A stretch of DNA of 64,000 nt from Malacoraja senta (GCA_038087875.1 CM075989.1:21082001-21146000), one strand, 5' to 3'; shown: positions 47,299 to 61,321, counted from the first letter of the stretch. Numbers and translations: made by a program. The notes: generated from the letters alone by a model not told the origin.

Positions 47299-50200
47299 GA
47301 GTTAAAGGGAAATGGTTTCTTAAATGTGTGAGCGTAGAGACAGAGGGGTGTAAAATGAGGGTAGAAGCAATAGGTAGGAAGGTGAAAAGTAAAAGTGGCA
47401 GGCAGACAAATCCAGGGCAAAAATCAAAAAGGGCCGCTTTTCAACATAATTGTATAAGGGGTAAGAGTGTTGTAAAAACAAGCATGAAGGCTTTGTGTCT
47501 CAATGCAAGGAGCATTCGTAATGAGGTGGATGAGTTGAATGTGCTGATAGCTATTAATGACTATGATATAGTTGGGATCACGGAGACATGGCTCCACGGT
47601 AACCAAGGCTGGGAGCTGAACATCCAGGGATATTCAATATTCAGGAGGGATAGACAGAAAGGGAAAGGAGGTGGGGTAGCGTTGCTGGTTAGAGAGCAGA
47701 TTAACGCAATAGAAAGGAAGGACATTAGCTTGGAGGATGTGGAATCGATATGGGTAGAGCTGCGAAACACTAAGGGGCAGAAAATGCTCGTGGGAGTTGT
47801 GTACAGGCCACCTAACAGTAGTAGTGGAGTTGGGGATGGCATCAAACAGGAAATTAGAAATGCGTGCAACAAAGGTAAAACAGTTATAATGGGTGACTTC
47901 AATCTACATATAGATTGGGTGAATCAAATGAGGAAGAGGATTTCTTGGAATGTATGCGGGATAGTTTTCTAAACCAACATGTAGAGGAACCAACGAGTGA
48001 GCAGGCTATTCTAGATTGGGTATTGAGTAATGAGGAAGGGTTAGTTAGCAGTCTTGTTGTGCGTGGCCCCTTGGGCAAGAGTGACCATAATATGGTTGAG
48101 TTCTTCATTAGGATGGAGAGTGACATTGTTAATTCAGAAACAAGGGTCCTGAACTTAAAGAAAGGTAACTTTGAGGGTATGAGAAGTGAATTGGCCAAGA
48201 TAGACTGGCAATTGATTCTTAATGGGTTGATGGTAGATATGCAATGGAAGGCATTTAAAGACTGCATGGATGAACTACAACAATTGTTCATCCCAGTTTG
48301 GCAAAAAAATAAATCAGGGAAGGTAGTGCATCCATGGATAACAAGGGAAATCAGGGATAGTATCAAAACAAAAGATGAAGCGTACAAATTAGCCAGAAAA
48401 AGCAGCCTACCAGAGGACTGGGAGAAATTCAGAGTCCAACAGAGGAGGACAAAGGGCTTAATTAGGAAAGGGAAAATAGATTATGAAAGAAAACTGTCAG
48501 GGAACATAAAAACTGACTGCAAAAGCTTTTATAGATATGTGAAGAGAAAAAGATTAGTTAAAACAAATGAAGGTCCCTTGCAGTCAGAAACAGGTGAATT
48601 GATCATGGGGAACAAGGACATGGCAGACCAATTGAATAACTACTTTGGTTCTGTCTTCACTAAGGAAGACATAAATAATCTGCCGGAAATAGCAGGGGAC
48701 CAGGCGTCAAATGAGATGGAGGAACTGAGTGAAATCCAGGTTAGCCGGGAAGTGGTGTTAGGTAAATTGAATGGATTAAAGGCCGATAAATCCCCAATGC
48801 CAGATAGGCTGCATCCCAGAGTACTTAAGGAAGTAGCCCCAGAAATAGTGGATGCATTAGTGATAATATTTCAAAACACTTTAGATTCTGGAGTAGTTCC
48901 TGAGGATTGGAGGGTAGCTAATGTAACCCCACTTTTTAAAAAGGGAGGGAGAGAGAAAACGGGGAATTACAGACCAGTTAGTCTAATGTTGGTAGTGGGG
49001 AAACTGCTAGAATCAGTTATTAAAGATGGGATAGCAGCACATTTGGAAAGTGGTGAAATTATTGGACAAAGTCAGCATGGATTTATGAAAGGTAAATCAT
49101 GTCTGACGAATCTTATAGAATTTTTCGAAGATGTAACTAGTAGAGTGGATAGGGGAGAACCAGTGGATGTGTTGTATCTGGACTTTCAGAAGGCTTTCGA
49201 CAAGGTCCCACATAAGAGATTAGTATACAAACTTAAAGCACACGGTATTGGGGGTTCAGTATTGATGTGGATAGAGAACTGGCTGGCAGACAGGAAGCAA
49301 AGAGTAGGAGTAAATGGGTCCTTTTCACAATGGCAGGCTGTGACTAGTGGGGTACCGCAAGGCTCAGTGCTGGGACCCCAGCTATTTATGATATATATTA
49401 ATGATTTGGACGAGGGAATTGAATGCAACATCTGCAAGTTTGCGGATGACACGAAGCTGGGGGGCAGTGTTAGCTGTGAGGAGGATGCTCGGAGGCTGCA
49501 AGGTGACTTGGATAGGCTGGGTGAGTGGGCAAATGCATGGCAGATGCAGTATAATGTGGATAAATGTGAGGTTATCCACTTTGGTGGCAAAAACAGGAAA
49601 GTAGACTATTATCTGAATGGTGGCCGATTAGGAAAAGGGGAGATGCAACGAGACCTGGGTGTCATGGTACACCAGTCATTAAAAGTAGGCATGCAGGTGC
49701 AGCAGGCAGTGAGGAAGGCGAATGGTATGTTAGCATTCATAGCAAAAGGATTTGTGTATATGAGCAGAGAGGTTCTACTGCAGTTGTACAGGGTCTTGGT
49801 GAGACCACACCTGGAGTATTGCGTACAGTTTTGGTCTCCTAATCTGAGGAAAGACATTCTTGCCATAGAGGGAGTACAGAGAAGGTTCACCAGACTGATT
49901 CCTGGGATGTCAGGACTTTCATATGAAGAAAGACTGGATAGACTCGGTTTGTACTCGCTAGAATTTAGAAGATTGAGGGGGGATCTTATAGAACCGTACA
50001 AAATTCTTAAGGGGTTGGACAGGCTAGATGCAGGAAGATTGTTCCCGATGTTGGGGAAGTCCAGAACAAGGGGTCACAGTTTAAGGATAAGGGGGAAATC
50101 TTTTAGGACCGAGATGAGGAAAACATTTTTCACACAGAGAGTGGTGAATCTCTGGAATTCTCTGCCACAGAAGGTAGTTGAGGCCAGTTCATTGGCTATA

Positions 50201-50377
50201 TTTAAGACAGAGTTAGATGTGGCCCTTGTGGCTAAAGGGATCAGGGGGTATGGAGAGAAAGCAGGTACAGGATACTGAGTTGGATGATCAGCCATGATCA
50301 TATCGAATGGTGGTGCAGGCTCGAAGGGCCGAATGGCCTACTCCTGCACCTATTTTCTATGTTTCTATGTTTCTATG
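47299..50377 (+). mobile_element. CR1-clade (HER1-like) LINE, 5'-truncated, near-complete ORF2 plus 3' UTR
   Basis: APE endonuclease motifs (CLNARSI, GITETWL, VYRPP, MGDFN, SDH) and RT motifs (NYRPVSL, YLDFQKAFDKV, GVPQGSVLGP, FADDTK). It ends in a (TTCTATGT)n tail and is inserted at an ATG inside an older minus-strand CR1 tail (47245-47298 / 50378-50420). Confidence 0.97.
47484..50278 (+). pseudogene. CR1 ORF2 (endonuclease-reverse transcriptase), broken by one frameshift near 47925
   Basis: ORF 47328-47972 carries the N-terminal APE domain and ORF 47915-50278 (787 aa) carries the rest. The frames switch after ...DWVNQ. Confidence 0.92.
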
Positions 50378-50435
50378 ATGCCAACATAAACCAATTTCAT
50401 CGCCCTGCACATGAGCCAGAACATCTCCATTACCT

Positions 50436-50915
50436 AAGATAGACACAAAAAGCTGGAGTAACTCAGCGGGACAGGCAGCATCTCTGGGGAGAAGGAATGG
50501 GTGACGTTTTGGGTCCAGACCTTTGTTCAGACTGGTTAGGGACAAAGGAAACGAGAGATATAGGCGATGATGTGGGGAGATAAAAAACAATGAATAAAAG
50601 ATATGCAAAAAACTAATGATGATAAAGTAAAATGATACAGGCCCATTGTTAGCTCTTTGTAGGGTGAAAATGAGAAGCTAGTGCGACATGGAGTGGGCGG
50701 GACAGAGATAGAATGTAGTCGGAGACGGTAAGACTGGTGGGAGAACTGGGAAGGGGGAGGGGATGGAGAGAGAGTGAAAGCAAGGGGTACTTGAAGTTAG
50801 AGAAGTCAATGTTCATACCGCTGGGGTGTAAGCTACCCAAGCGAAATATGAGGCGCTATCCATTCCCTCCACAGATGCTGCCTGACCTGCTGAGTTCCTC
50901 CAGAACTTTGTGTTT
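50436..50915 (-). mobile_element. Penelope-like element 3' end with pseudo-LTR and inverted partial repeat
   Basis: Minus strand 50857-50788 encodes RLIFRLGSLHPSGMNIDFSNFK, typical of the Penelope GIY-YIG C-terminus. It is followed by the CTGAA..GGTC..GACCC.AAACGTC terminal repeat. Confidence 0.85.
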
Positions 50916-51764
50916 TGTTCAGGTATTGCCCAAGTCCCTCCCGAATGGGTCACGGAGTCGGCGAAGTATTTCTCATAGTTATGTATTTTCCTCTATCTTA
51001 TTTGACCTCCCACAGGAGCTGGGTTTATTAGCATTTGGTGCGCATGATGCATACTAATGGATATGACCTTTCCCTGCCCTTTTTGTGTATTCATAAGCTG
51101 AAAAAACATGGCCAGTGGAGATGGAAACAGGTTTTTAAGTTGGATGATGATCACAGAACGAAAGGACATTAGCACCAAATGAACAGGCTGTTGCTCCAAT
51201 GTGAAATTAAACAACTTCATGTTTTGCCACATTAAATCCTTGGAACAAAAGCGCGACCATTACGTAAAGAAATGTATTGTGGAATATGAATGCTAAGAAT
51301 TGGCTGGAAGATATTGGGTTCATTTATAGGTGTGGTGTTTCACACAGATCTATTTATTGTGGATGTTGAACCTGTGGTTGGTTGGTTCCTTTATGACCGT
51401 GAGTGGTCGAGATTTACTTTATTTATTGTCATGTGTGCCAAAGTACAGCATGCCAGTTTAGTGTTAGAGACACAGCCCGGAAACACGTCCTTCGGCCCTC
51501 CGGGTCCGCGCCGACCAGCGACCCCCGAGCACCAACACTATCCTACACACACTAGGGACAATTTTACATTTATACCAAGCCAATTAACCTACACACCTGC
51601 GTGTCTTGGGAGTGTGGGAGGAAACCGGAGATCCCGGAGTAAACCCACGCAGGTCAGGGGGAGAACGTACAAACTCCGTACAGACAGCACCCATGGTCAG
51701 GGTCGAACCCGGGTCTATGGCGCTGTAAGGCAGCAACTCTACCGCTGCGCCCTCGTGCCACCCA

Positions 51765-54395
51765 TTTTTTGCATGCTAACCAGTCAGTGGTAAGACAACA
51801 CGTGATTAACATATGATACCTCAAATGGTCAATTATGAATTGTGGAACAATTTGACTTAATACCTCGAAGATCTTTCTTGCGCCACACCCTTTGTTTGGG
51901 TACCCCAGTCAAAGTGTGGAAAGATTCTTATTAAATGTTCAGCATTATTAATATTTCTGCTCGATAATGCCTGCTGTAATCTCGCCACAGGTTAACAGGT
52001 GTCTTCAGCTAAATCTTTAGTAAAAGTTGACTGCGTCCAGAGAAAATTGAAGTCTAGCTTTTTGAAAGTAGTTTCCTTTTTATTTTGTATACACTGTTTT
52101 ACTATATGCATTCTCTGAATACATGCGACGTGCTTCAAGTTCGATGTGTTTTGCATTCAATACTCTGCAAGCTGCACTGCGCGTGAGGATAAAAAAACTG
52201 TCGGCGAGTCTGCTGGCTTTCAAAGGAAAAATACTTCCCATCAAAATTTGGAATGATAAAGTTTTGCTGCAGCCACCACAAGAAAACCCAGTCTTTATCT
52301 TTCATCGCAGCACTTCCCTTGTGTGTATGTGTGTGTGTGTGTGGGAGTTTCTTTGTCATTGACTGAATATTGCAGAGGGACACAAGACTGCTGACAGGAA
52401 ACCTATATTACCAGCCCATTAAAACACTTCTATTGAGCGCGGTACGCTGACGGGCACTTCATAGGTGCCGTGCACGCAGTCGCGGGCTCCTATCTCTTCC
52501 TGTATACGGCCAGCAGTAAAAGTAGTGACCTTGCGTCCTCAGGAAACTGTCTATACAACGGCCGTGGCATAAATATTTGTCGGTGGGCCATTACCCGGCA
52601 CGTGCTCGAGCAGCGCCGCGAAAACAAAAGGGGGATGTCTGATTCAACGAGAAGGAAATGGATTTGTGAGGAGCTGCCGCTGCAGGGACCAGGCCTCTGT
52701 CTCTGTACCTATTGTTAAGAGAGGAAAAGCATGCGATCCTACACATCCTGAGCCTTTCTGTCAGCAGATCTCCTAGACAAATAAACACCAGTGCAATTTG
52801 AAAGCTGCTTCACTCTTGTTTGGTGTCATATTTTTACAAAACCTGTCAGTGATTTTAATGAATGAGGGGTTGGAGGAGTTAGCCCGGTGTTATACTTGCT
52901 GGATCATCTGGAATTATTTTTCTTTCACGCCCTATAATAGGAAAGAATATGTTATTGTTTGAGAAAAGTTTTATGATAAACATCCATCAACTTTTCCAAA
53001 AAAAAAATTGTGCCTCTTTCTTTTCAGCTTACTTCTGCAAGATTTTCAGCTTATTAAATATAATCTTGCACAATGTTCATCTTGACCTTTATCGGGCTTG
53101 TTAGAAAATCGGAGAGATCTTTTTTTGCGGGTGTTGGAAAAGGATATTAATCAGAATCTGCTTCGATTCTGTTTTTCATGGCGAAGCTCACTGCTTTAAT
53201 TAATATCTGGCTGTCAAAATCTCACAGTATCCTTACTAGTTCAGATCATCTTTGAAGATTCTTTCATTTGTTGGAGTCATTTATTTCTAATGTGTTGGCT
53301 TCCCTTTTATAGAGAAGTAAAAAGTTTCTGAGAAGTTTTTCCGCAGTCCTTTAACTTAAAAAAAAATATCTGCAAATGCATAAAGAACGGTTCCGTATTC
53401 CTTTTATTTAAAATTGTAGAATAAGCGAACAAAAAAAAAGGCCTTCAAAAAAGCAGACGAACAATGAAGTAATTGAGCCGAGAAGAGAAATGAGCCAGAA
53501 TTTCGATGCATCAGGTGCGTGGCGGAAGGGTAAGAGTTTGTGCACTTTGGCAAATTGCAGAGCCTCACGTTTCTGCACCCTCAGCTTCTTCACCTGACCA
53601 ACTGACGGACCTGTGGCATAGTTCTTGTTTTTTTTCTTCTCTTCCGCTCTTTTTGTGCAGCCTTTGTCCAGGCGGGAGGTGCCGAGCATGGGAAAAAAGG
53701 CGCTCGAGAGAGGGAATAAAAAGAACGGAACGAAAGCGAACAAGAGGAGAGGAAAAATGAGTCTGATACTGCTTGACCTGAGGTGTTACGGTTCTCAGAG
53801 AAAGGGTGAAACCGGATAGCAGGTACAGCCGATGATGTCATTCACCAGAAGGACTATGGATCCCTCTGAAAGCTTTGGTTTAATTTACCCCTCGGGTCAG
53901 GCATCTGGGAGGTCACTGCTCTCTGCTTTCTCTGCTTTCGTTGTCGAATGCACATTACTAGTAATCATTTCACCGAAAACAACCATTTTGCAAATTTTAA
54001 TTAGAACTTATTGGACATTCTTTTATTATTCCCCCCCCCTTAAACCGGACATCCTAAACTTAGTCTGGTGTTAGTGTGAACACATAACAGATAATCATTT
54101 TTTACTAAACCTGCTCCATTTGAAGTCTTCGTGACCTACTTTGAGTACTCTGTTACCAATATACATTAACCATTTAACGCTGCAGCCTCTGACTGACAGA
54201 CCGCACTTGTGACAACAAACCTTGTCGATTCTCTGTTTGGCTTCAATTGCCATCTCCCACTTCAGCAGCAAACCGTCTATAAATCCTCCCACTATGCCAC
54301 CTTCATTATTGGCCCTTTCCTGCAATAAAGTTTGTGCTTACTTTCTTCTGCATAAAACTTTTATGAGCTGCATTAAATATCGTGCCCCCTTCACA
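51765..54395. promoter_or_regulatory. Repeat-free, locally CpG-enriched block; candidate promoter, 5' UTR or enhancer
   Basis: About 2.6 kb with no recognisable TE in a heavily repetitive window, with CpG clusters at about 52440-52680 and 53440-53950. Confidence 0.4.
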
Positions 54396-57300
54396 CCCTG
54401 GGCGTCACGATGGCGCAGCGGTAGAATCTCTGCCTTGCAGCACCAGAGACCCCTGTTCAATCCTGTCCATGGGTGCTGACTATATGGAGTTTGTGCGTCC
54501 TCCTTGTGACCTTCTGGGTTTTCTCCAGGCTCTCTGGTTTCCTCCCACCCTCCAAAGACATACAGATTTGCAGATTAATTGAAGATACAGTAGATACAAA
54601 AAGCTGGAGCTACTCAGCGGGACAGGCAGCATCTCTGGAGAGAAGGAATGGGTGACGTTTCGGGTCGAGACCCTTCTTGAAGAAAGGTCTCAACCCAAAC
54701 GTCACCCATTCCTTCTCTCCAGAGATGCTGTCTGTGCCGCTGAGTTACTCCAGCATTTTGTGTCTATCTTCGGTTTAAACCAGCATCTGCAGTTCCTTCC
54801 TACATGTAGATCAATTGACTTCTGTAAATTGTAAATTGTCCCTGGTGTGTAGGATTGTGTTGGTGTACAAGGTGATCGCTGGTCGGCGCAGACTCGGTGG
54901 GCCAAAGGGCTTGTTTCCATGCTGTATCTCTAAAGTCTGAAGTCTAACACACCACCACTGCAGCCAACATTGAAGCACATGAGGTCATACTGCACACCCT
55001 TTACGATCTATTGTTTTCTGTAAATTTAGAAATTCAGTATCATTCCCTAACCTAGATTGCTCATGTAGATATGGAAAAATAGAACTCTACTGGCTTCTCT
55101 CTGGGGAACTCCATTCATCCATGTTACAAATGCTAATCCCTTCATTGTTCAGCCAAGAAATGTGTGTATTTCATTAACAGTAACACCTTACAAAATGAAA
55201 GGATACCATCTAATTTTTTTTCATTCTATCGGTTTAGTATAGTTTAGTTTAGAGATACAGCGTGGAAACAGGCCCTTCAGCCCACCAGGTCTGTGCCATC
55301 CACGATCACCCCTTACACTAGTTCTATCCTGCACACTAGGGGCAATTTACAGAAGCCAATTAACCTACAAACCTGCAAGTCTTTGGGTCGTGGGTGGAAA
55401 CCGGAGCACCCGGAGAAACCCCACGCGGTCACAGGGAGAACGTGCAAACTTCATTTTGGTTTTCATACTGAACTATTTCTAAAGCCACTCCTAATCACGA
55501 AACCCCACCATCATTTTCCCGGGTAAACTAAGGTTGGCATTGCATAAAGTCAAGCTGATATCACACACAGAACAAGTATATTTGTTCATAATCTTCTCAA
55601 AATAAGCCAAGATAGGTCTGATCGGACTTCCCTCTTATAAAACCACGTTGATTATAATTTATTAGCTTTGCACCATAAAGATAAATCCAAGTCAGTGATA
55701 TTTACTGCTTGATATTCCAAATGCAGGTACACGGATAAGAAAGGTTTGGATGGATATGGGACAAATGCAGGTAAATGGGACTAGCTTAGATGGGGCATCT
55801 TGGTCAGTAGGGACAAAATGGGCCGAAGAGCCTATTTGCATGCCATGATTCTATTAGCAAATACAGTTGTGAAACAGAGGACTTTAGAATTTCTCATACT
55901 AGGCCTGCCACCATTTTAGAAAACAAAGCACAAACTTAACAGAGGCACAAGGAACTGCAGATGCTGGTTTACAAAAATAAAAGAGACAAAGTACTGGAGT
56001 AACGCAGTAGATCAGCAGCATCTCTGGAGAAGATGCATAACTGGCATTTTGGGTTGGGACCCTTCTTCAGATTAAGTTAATGCCTGTGATTCACTGCATC
56101 TCATGATAACCAGCAGAATTATGGACAGAACTATTCTGTGATCTGGGATGAATTCCACTGTGATAGCATATTATTTGAATATTGTCAAACAAACATTTGA
56201 ATTAGCACAGATTTACTGCGGCCCTAATAACCCCATGTGACTCATCCTAAGAGACTTTTGTTTTCTCTAAATTCTTACTTGCTGGTACCACTTAGTCCTG
56301 AGCTACTATCTACCTCATTGACTACCTTTGATCAAACCTTACTGCCTTTACCTTGCTCTAAACATAATTCACTTATCACGTATCTGCACACTGCCAACGG
56401 CTCAATTGTAGTCACATATAGTCTTTCCGCTGACTGGATATCATGCAACAAGGGCTTTTTCACAGTACCTCGATACACGTGACAATAAGCTGAACTGAAC
56501 TGAACTTATCAGATGGGCATTATCAGCCCACGTAGGAATTAAATTGGAGATAGTGTTTTCGTAACATTTTGGCGTAAAAATCACTTTACTGTGAAGTACC
56601 TTCAGCAATTGATAGAATGAGGACTGAAAAGACTTCTCCAAACAGCGAGAAGATGGGAATTGTGAGCAATGTTGATAATAGTCTCAAATGACAGCTAATC
56701 GCTGGGTGATAAAATCTTCCAGCTGTACCAAAGACTTAGTGGTATCTACTTGCCTTGTTTGTTCATGTTGAAAACAATGAGTTCTCTTGTTTTAAGTGGA
56801 TTGTGTTCCATGTAGCAGTTGGTGGTTTAAATGTTATGTTGCATGTCCAATATCAGGCTGGAAGGGATAGTTTCATATAACTAATCGCAGGGTGTTAATG
56901 CCGCAGCGAAAGATTCATGAAAGAGATTAAAATGTCCCAGTGAACGACGAGGATCTTTCCCAGAGCAGGTGGTCTTTTTATAGTTCAATAAAGTTACTCG
57001 TGATGAGCTCCTTTTGTTGGAAATAAATAATGGAACTGCATTGAGGAAAGAATAGAGTTTTAGTCTCAGAATTTGCGCATTTGTAAAAAAAAAAGCACAA
57101 AGTGTTTAGTTTAGTTTAATTTAGAGATACAGCACGGAAACAGGCCCTGCGGCCCACCGGGTCCGCGCTGACCTGCGATCCCCGCACATTAACACAATCC
57201 TACACCCACTAGGGACCACTTTTACATTTACCGATCCAATTAGCCCACAAACCTGTACGACTTTGGAGCGTGGGAGGAAACCGAAGATCTCGGAGAAAAC

Positions 57301-58161
57301 CCACGCAGGTCACGGGGAGAACGTACAAATTCCTGCTGGAGTAACTCAACGGGCCAGGCAGCATCCCTGGAGAAGATGGACAGGCGATGTTTCAGGTCAG
57401 GATCCTTCTTCAGACTGATTGTAGCAGGGGGTAGAATGCAGGAAAGGATGGGGGGGTGGGGGGGGGGGCAGGACAGAGCTAGGCAAGTGATAGATGAAGA
57501 TGGACACAAATCGCTGGAGTAACTCAACGGGTCAGACGACATCTCTGGAGAAAAGGGATAGGTGACTTTTCGGGTCAAGACCCTTTTTCAGACTCTGAAT
57601 ATATAACATTATGAGGGGCATAGGACCAGAGGACATGGGTTTAAGGTGAGGTGGCGAGGATTTAATAGGAACCTGAGGAGCAACTTTTAACACAAAGGGT
57701 GATAGATAAATGGAGTGAGATGTATAGGAAGGAACTGCAGATGCTGGTTTAAACTGAAGATAGACGCAAAATGTTGGAGTAACTCAGCGGGACAGGCAGC
57801 ATCTCTGGAGGGAAGGAATGGGTGACGTTTCAGGTCGAGACCCTTCTTCAGAGCTGTCAGAACCTTTTTCCCAGGATGGAAATATGAAATACCAGAGGGC
57901 ACAGCTTTTACTGAGGAGCAATGTTTAAAGGAGATGCGCAGTGCATGCTTTTTACAGAGAGTGGTGGATACCTGGAACGTGCTGTCGGGATGGAGGTAGA
58001 AGCACATACAATGGTGGCACTTAAGTGGCTTGGATAGGTGCATGGGTGTGCATGGCATGGAGGGATATGAATCACGTGCAGGCAGACGAGAGTTGGCCAT
58101 GGCTTCATGACCATGGCACCAAGGCAAATTCCTTGTATGTGAATCCTTAGCCAATAAACGC

Positions 58162-58198
58162 ATTCATTCATTTATTCATTCATTCATTCATTCATTCA
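58162..58198. repeat. (ATTC)n microsatellite forming a retroposon tail
   Basis: Follows CAAGGCAAATTCCTTGTATGTG...AATAAA, the same tail as 33790-33840. Confidence 0.9.
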
Positions 58199-58359
58199 TG
58201 ATGTTGTGGCCCGAAGTTGTATGATCTATGATCTATGTTCAAAATGTAAAAGTATTAAAAAAAAATGTTGCAGCAAGTTTCTTTCAGTAGTGCAAAGCAG
58301 AAATAAAGGGTTCATGGGAGAGGTAGAGAACTTCTTCAGTGGCAGATGCGGTATAATCT

Positions 58360-59770
58360 AGATAAATGTGAGGTTATCCACATTGGCGGCAAAATCAAGG
58401 GGGCAGATTATTATCTCAATGGGGTTAGGTTATCTAAGGGGGAGGTGCAGCGAGACCTGGGCATCCTTGTACACTGGTCACTAAAAGTTGGTGTGCAGGT
58501 ATAGCAGGCAGTGAAGAAAGCTAATAGATAGATAGATAGATAGAAAGACATTTATTGTCACATACACCAATTGGTGCAGTGAAATTTGACTTGCCATGCA
58601 GCACACAAATAAAGATATCATCAAAGAATTTAACAACATAAAAACATCCCCCCACAATGGTTCCCACTGTGGGGGAAGGCAGCAAAGTCCAGTCCCATCC
58701 CCAGTTCACCCATAGTCGGGGCCTATTGAGGCCTCTGCAGTCGCCGATACGGCAGCCCAATGCCTCAGGCCCTCTCGCCGGATGATGAAGCTCCGGCGTC
58801 GGGTGAACACTCTCAGCGGCCCGGAGTGTCTGGAGCGGCCGCCTCCTCCCAGTAGACCGCGGCTCCCAAAGTCCACGAGCCGCACTGGTCGATGCTCCGA
58901 CTCTGGCGACCTCGTCGTGAGATCCCAGGCTCCGCGGTGTTTAGGGTTCAGCGCCGCCCGTGGCCGCTGACCGCTGACCGCAGACCGCTGACCGCAGCTC
59001 CGCGATGTTGGTGCCGGCTGTCACAGCACTCCGGAGCTTACTGCACGGCGACCCGGGCAAGGCATCGCCCGCTCCGCGATGGTACTTCAGCGCTGTGCCG
59101 CCGCCGAAGCTTGGCGTTGGCCTTCATAACAAGAGGATTTCAGTATAGGAGTAAAGAGGTTCTTCTGCAGATGTATAGGGCTCTGGTGAGACCACATCTG
59201 GAGTATTGCGTACAGTTTTGGTCTCTTAATTTGAGGAAGGACATCCTTGGGATTGAGGCAGTGCAGCGTAGGTTCACGAGATTGATCCCTGCGATGGCGG
59301 GACTGTCATATGAGGAAAGATTGAAAAGACTAGGCTTGTTTAGTCTAAACTGGAGTTTAGAAGGATGAGGGGGTATCTTATAGAAACATATAAAATTATA
59401 AAAGGACTGGACAAGCTAGATGCAGGAAAAATGTCCCCAATGTTGGGCGCGTCCAGAACCAGGGGCCACAGTCTTAGAATAAAGGGGAAGCCATTTAAGA
59501 CTGAGGTGAGAAAAAAAAATTCACCCAGAGAGTTGTGAATGTGTGGAATTCCCTGCCACAGAGGGCAGTGGAGGCCAAGTCACTGGATGGATTTAAGAGA
59601 GAGTTAGATAGAGCTCTAGGTGCTAGTGGAATCAAGGGATATGGGGAGAAGGCAGGCACGGGTTATTGATTTGGGATGATCAGCCATGATCATAATGAAT
59701 GGCGGTGCTGGCTCGAAGGGCCGAATGGCCTCCTCCTGCACCTATTTTCTATGTTTCTATGTTTCTATGT
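58360..59770 (+). mobile_element. CR1 3' fragment, interrupted
   Basis: DKCEVIH...[14 protein letters not shown]...GYGEKAG and a (TTCTATGT)n tail. Confidence 0.92.
58524..59110 (-). mobile_element. GC/CpG-rich non-coding retroposon with a Rex1-like tail, inserted in CR1
   Basis: It interrupts CR1 between AAGAAAGCTAA and GTTGGCCTTC. Its 3' end is ATTTCACTG...GTGACAATAAA(CTAT)n. Confidence 0.7.
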
Positions 59771-60551
59771 ATGTCTTGAGGCATACATAGAAACAGTCTA
59801 TGGAGTGGACTCCATAGTCGCAGTGGAGCAGACTAAATGTGTAGGAAGGAACTGCAGATGCTGGTTTAAACAGAAGTGTCCGAGGAAGGGTCTCGACCCG
59901 AAACGTCACCTATTTCTTCTCTCCAGAGATGCTGCCTTTCCCGTTGAATTACTCCAGCTTTTTGTGTCTATCTTCAGTTTAAACTGGCATCTGCAGTTCC
60001 TTCCGAGACAAAGATTAATGGTTCACCTGTGGCCGGTGATTACCTGTAAGGTTGTCACTTAGATGAAGGTTCGGGAATGAAAATACAATTTTGTGTTTCT
60101 GCATGACTTTGTCCCCTACAGAATCTTGGGATTTCATTATGTACTGAACTGTGTGAATCAACTGTCAGAGATGAATGGAAGCTTAAGTCTGTGTTGATCA
60201 GTACAATAGCTTGGAGCATTTTCACCACCAAGTCACAGTTAGTTATCTCAATGAACTACTGAAAGAAACTTTAAAAAATGCCTGTGATGCCAGAAGCGCC
60301 CAATTCCCAGAAATTGAACCAACAAAACAAAATGTATTTAGTGCAGCTTTTTGCCTGATGATAGGGCTGCACAGTGGCACAGCAGTAGAGTTGCTGCCTC
60401 ACAGCGCCAGAGACCCGGGTTCGATCCTGACTACGGGTGCTGTCTGTATGGAGCTTGTACGTCCTCCCTGTGACCCGTGTGGGTTTTCTACGGATGCTCC
60501 AATTTCCTCCCACCCTCCAAAGTCGTACTGTACAGGTTTGTAGGGGGTATA

Positions 60552-61006
60552 GATACATAGATACATAGAAAATAGGTGCAGGAGTAGGCCATTCGGCCCT
60601 TCGAGCCTGCACCGCCATTCAATATGATCATGGCTGATCATCCAACTCAGTATCTCGTACCTGCCTTCTCTCCATACCCCCTGATCCCCTTAGCCACAAG
60701 GGCCACATCTCTCTTAAATATAGCCAATGAACTGGCCTCAACTACCCTCTGTGGCAGAGAGTTCCAGAGATTCACCACTCTCTGTGTGAAAAAGTTTTTC
60801 CTCATCTCGGTCTTAAAGGATTTCCCCCTTATCCTTAAGCTGTGACCCCTTGTCCTGGACTTCCCCATAGGGGATATGGAGAGAAGGCAGGTACAGGATA
60901 CTGAGTTGGATGATCAGCCATGATCACATTGAATGACGGTCCAGGCTCGAAGGGCCGAATGGCCTACTCCTGCACCTATGTTTCTATGTTTCTATGTTTC
61001 TATGTA
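60552..61006. mobile_element. Inverted pair of CR1 3' ends nested in SINE 60364-61140
   Basis: Minus copy 60552-60866 and plus copy 60868-61006, both ending in TTCTATG-type tails. Confidence 0.85.
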
Positions 61007-61321
61007 GGCTAATTGGCTACGGTAAAATTGTACATTGTCCCTAGTGTGTGTAAGATAGTGCTAGTGCGCGGGGTTGTCGCTGGTCGGGGTGGACTCTGGG
61101 CCGAAGGGCCTATTTCTGTGCTGTATCTTTAAAATAAGCTAAATGTGCTAAAATTGTTTGCTGTAAAATGTATTTACTTGCATCGCCTCCTGTTTCTGTA
61201 TTAGCAGAGAAACTATTGAGTCCATTCAGCCTGTGCCATTTGCACCATTTCCCCCTCAGCCTGTAATATTCTCATCCCTTAAGTATACACACAATTCCCT
61301 GTTATAAACAACAAATTAATC

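Noticed and set aside
47899..50001. Several long minus-strand ORFs
   Set aside because: Antisense shadows of CR1 ORF2.
53832..54074. ORF MMSFTRRTMDPSESFG... in the CpG-rich block
   Set aside because: No recognisable homology and no convincing donor site.
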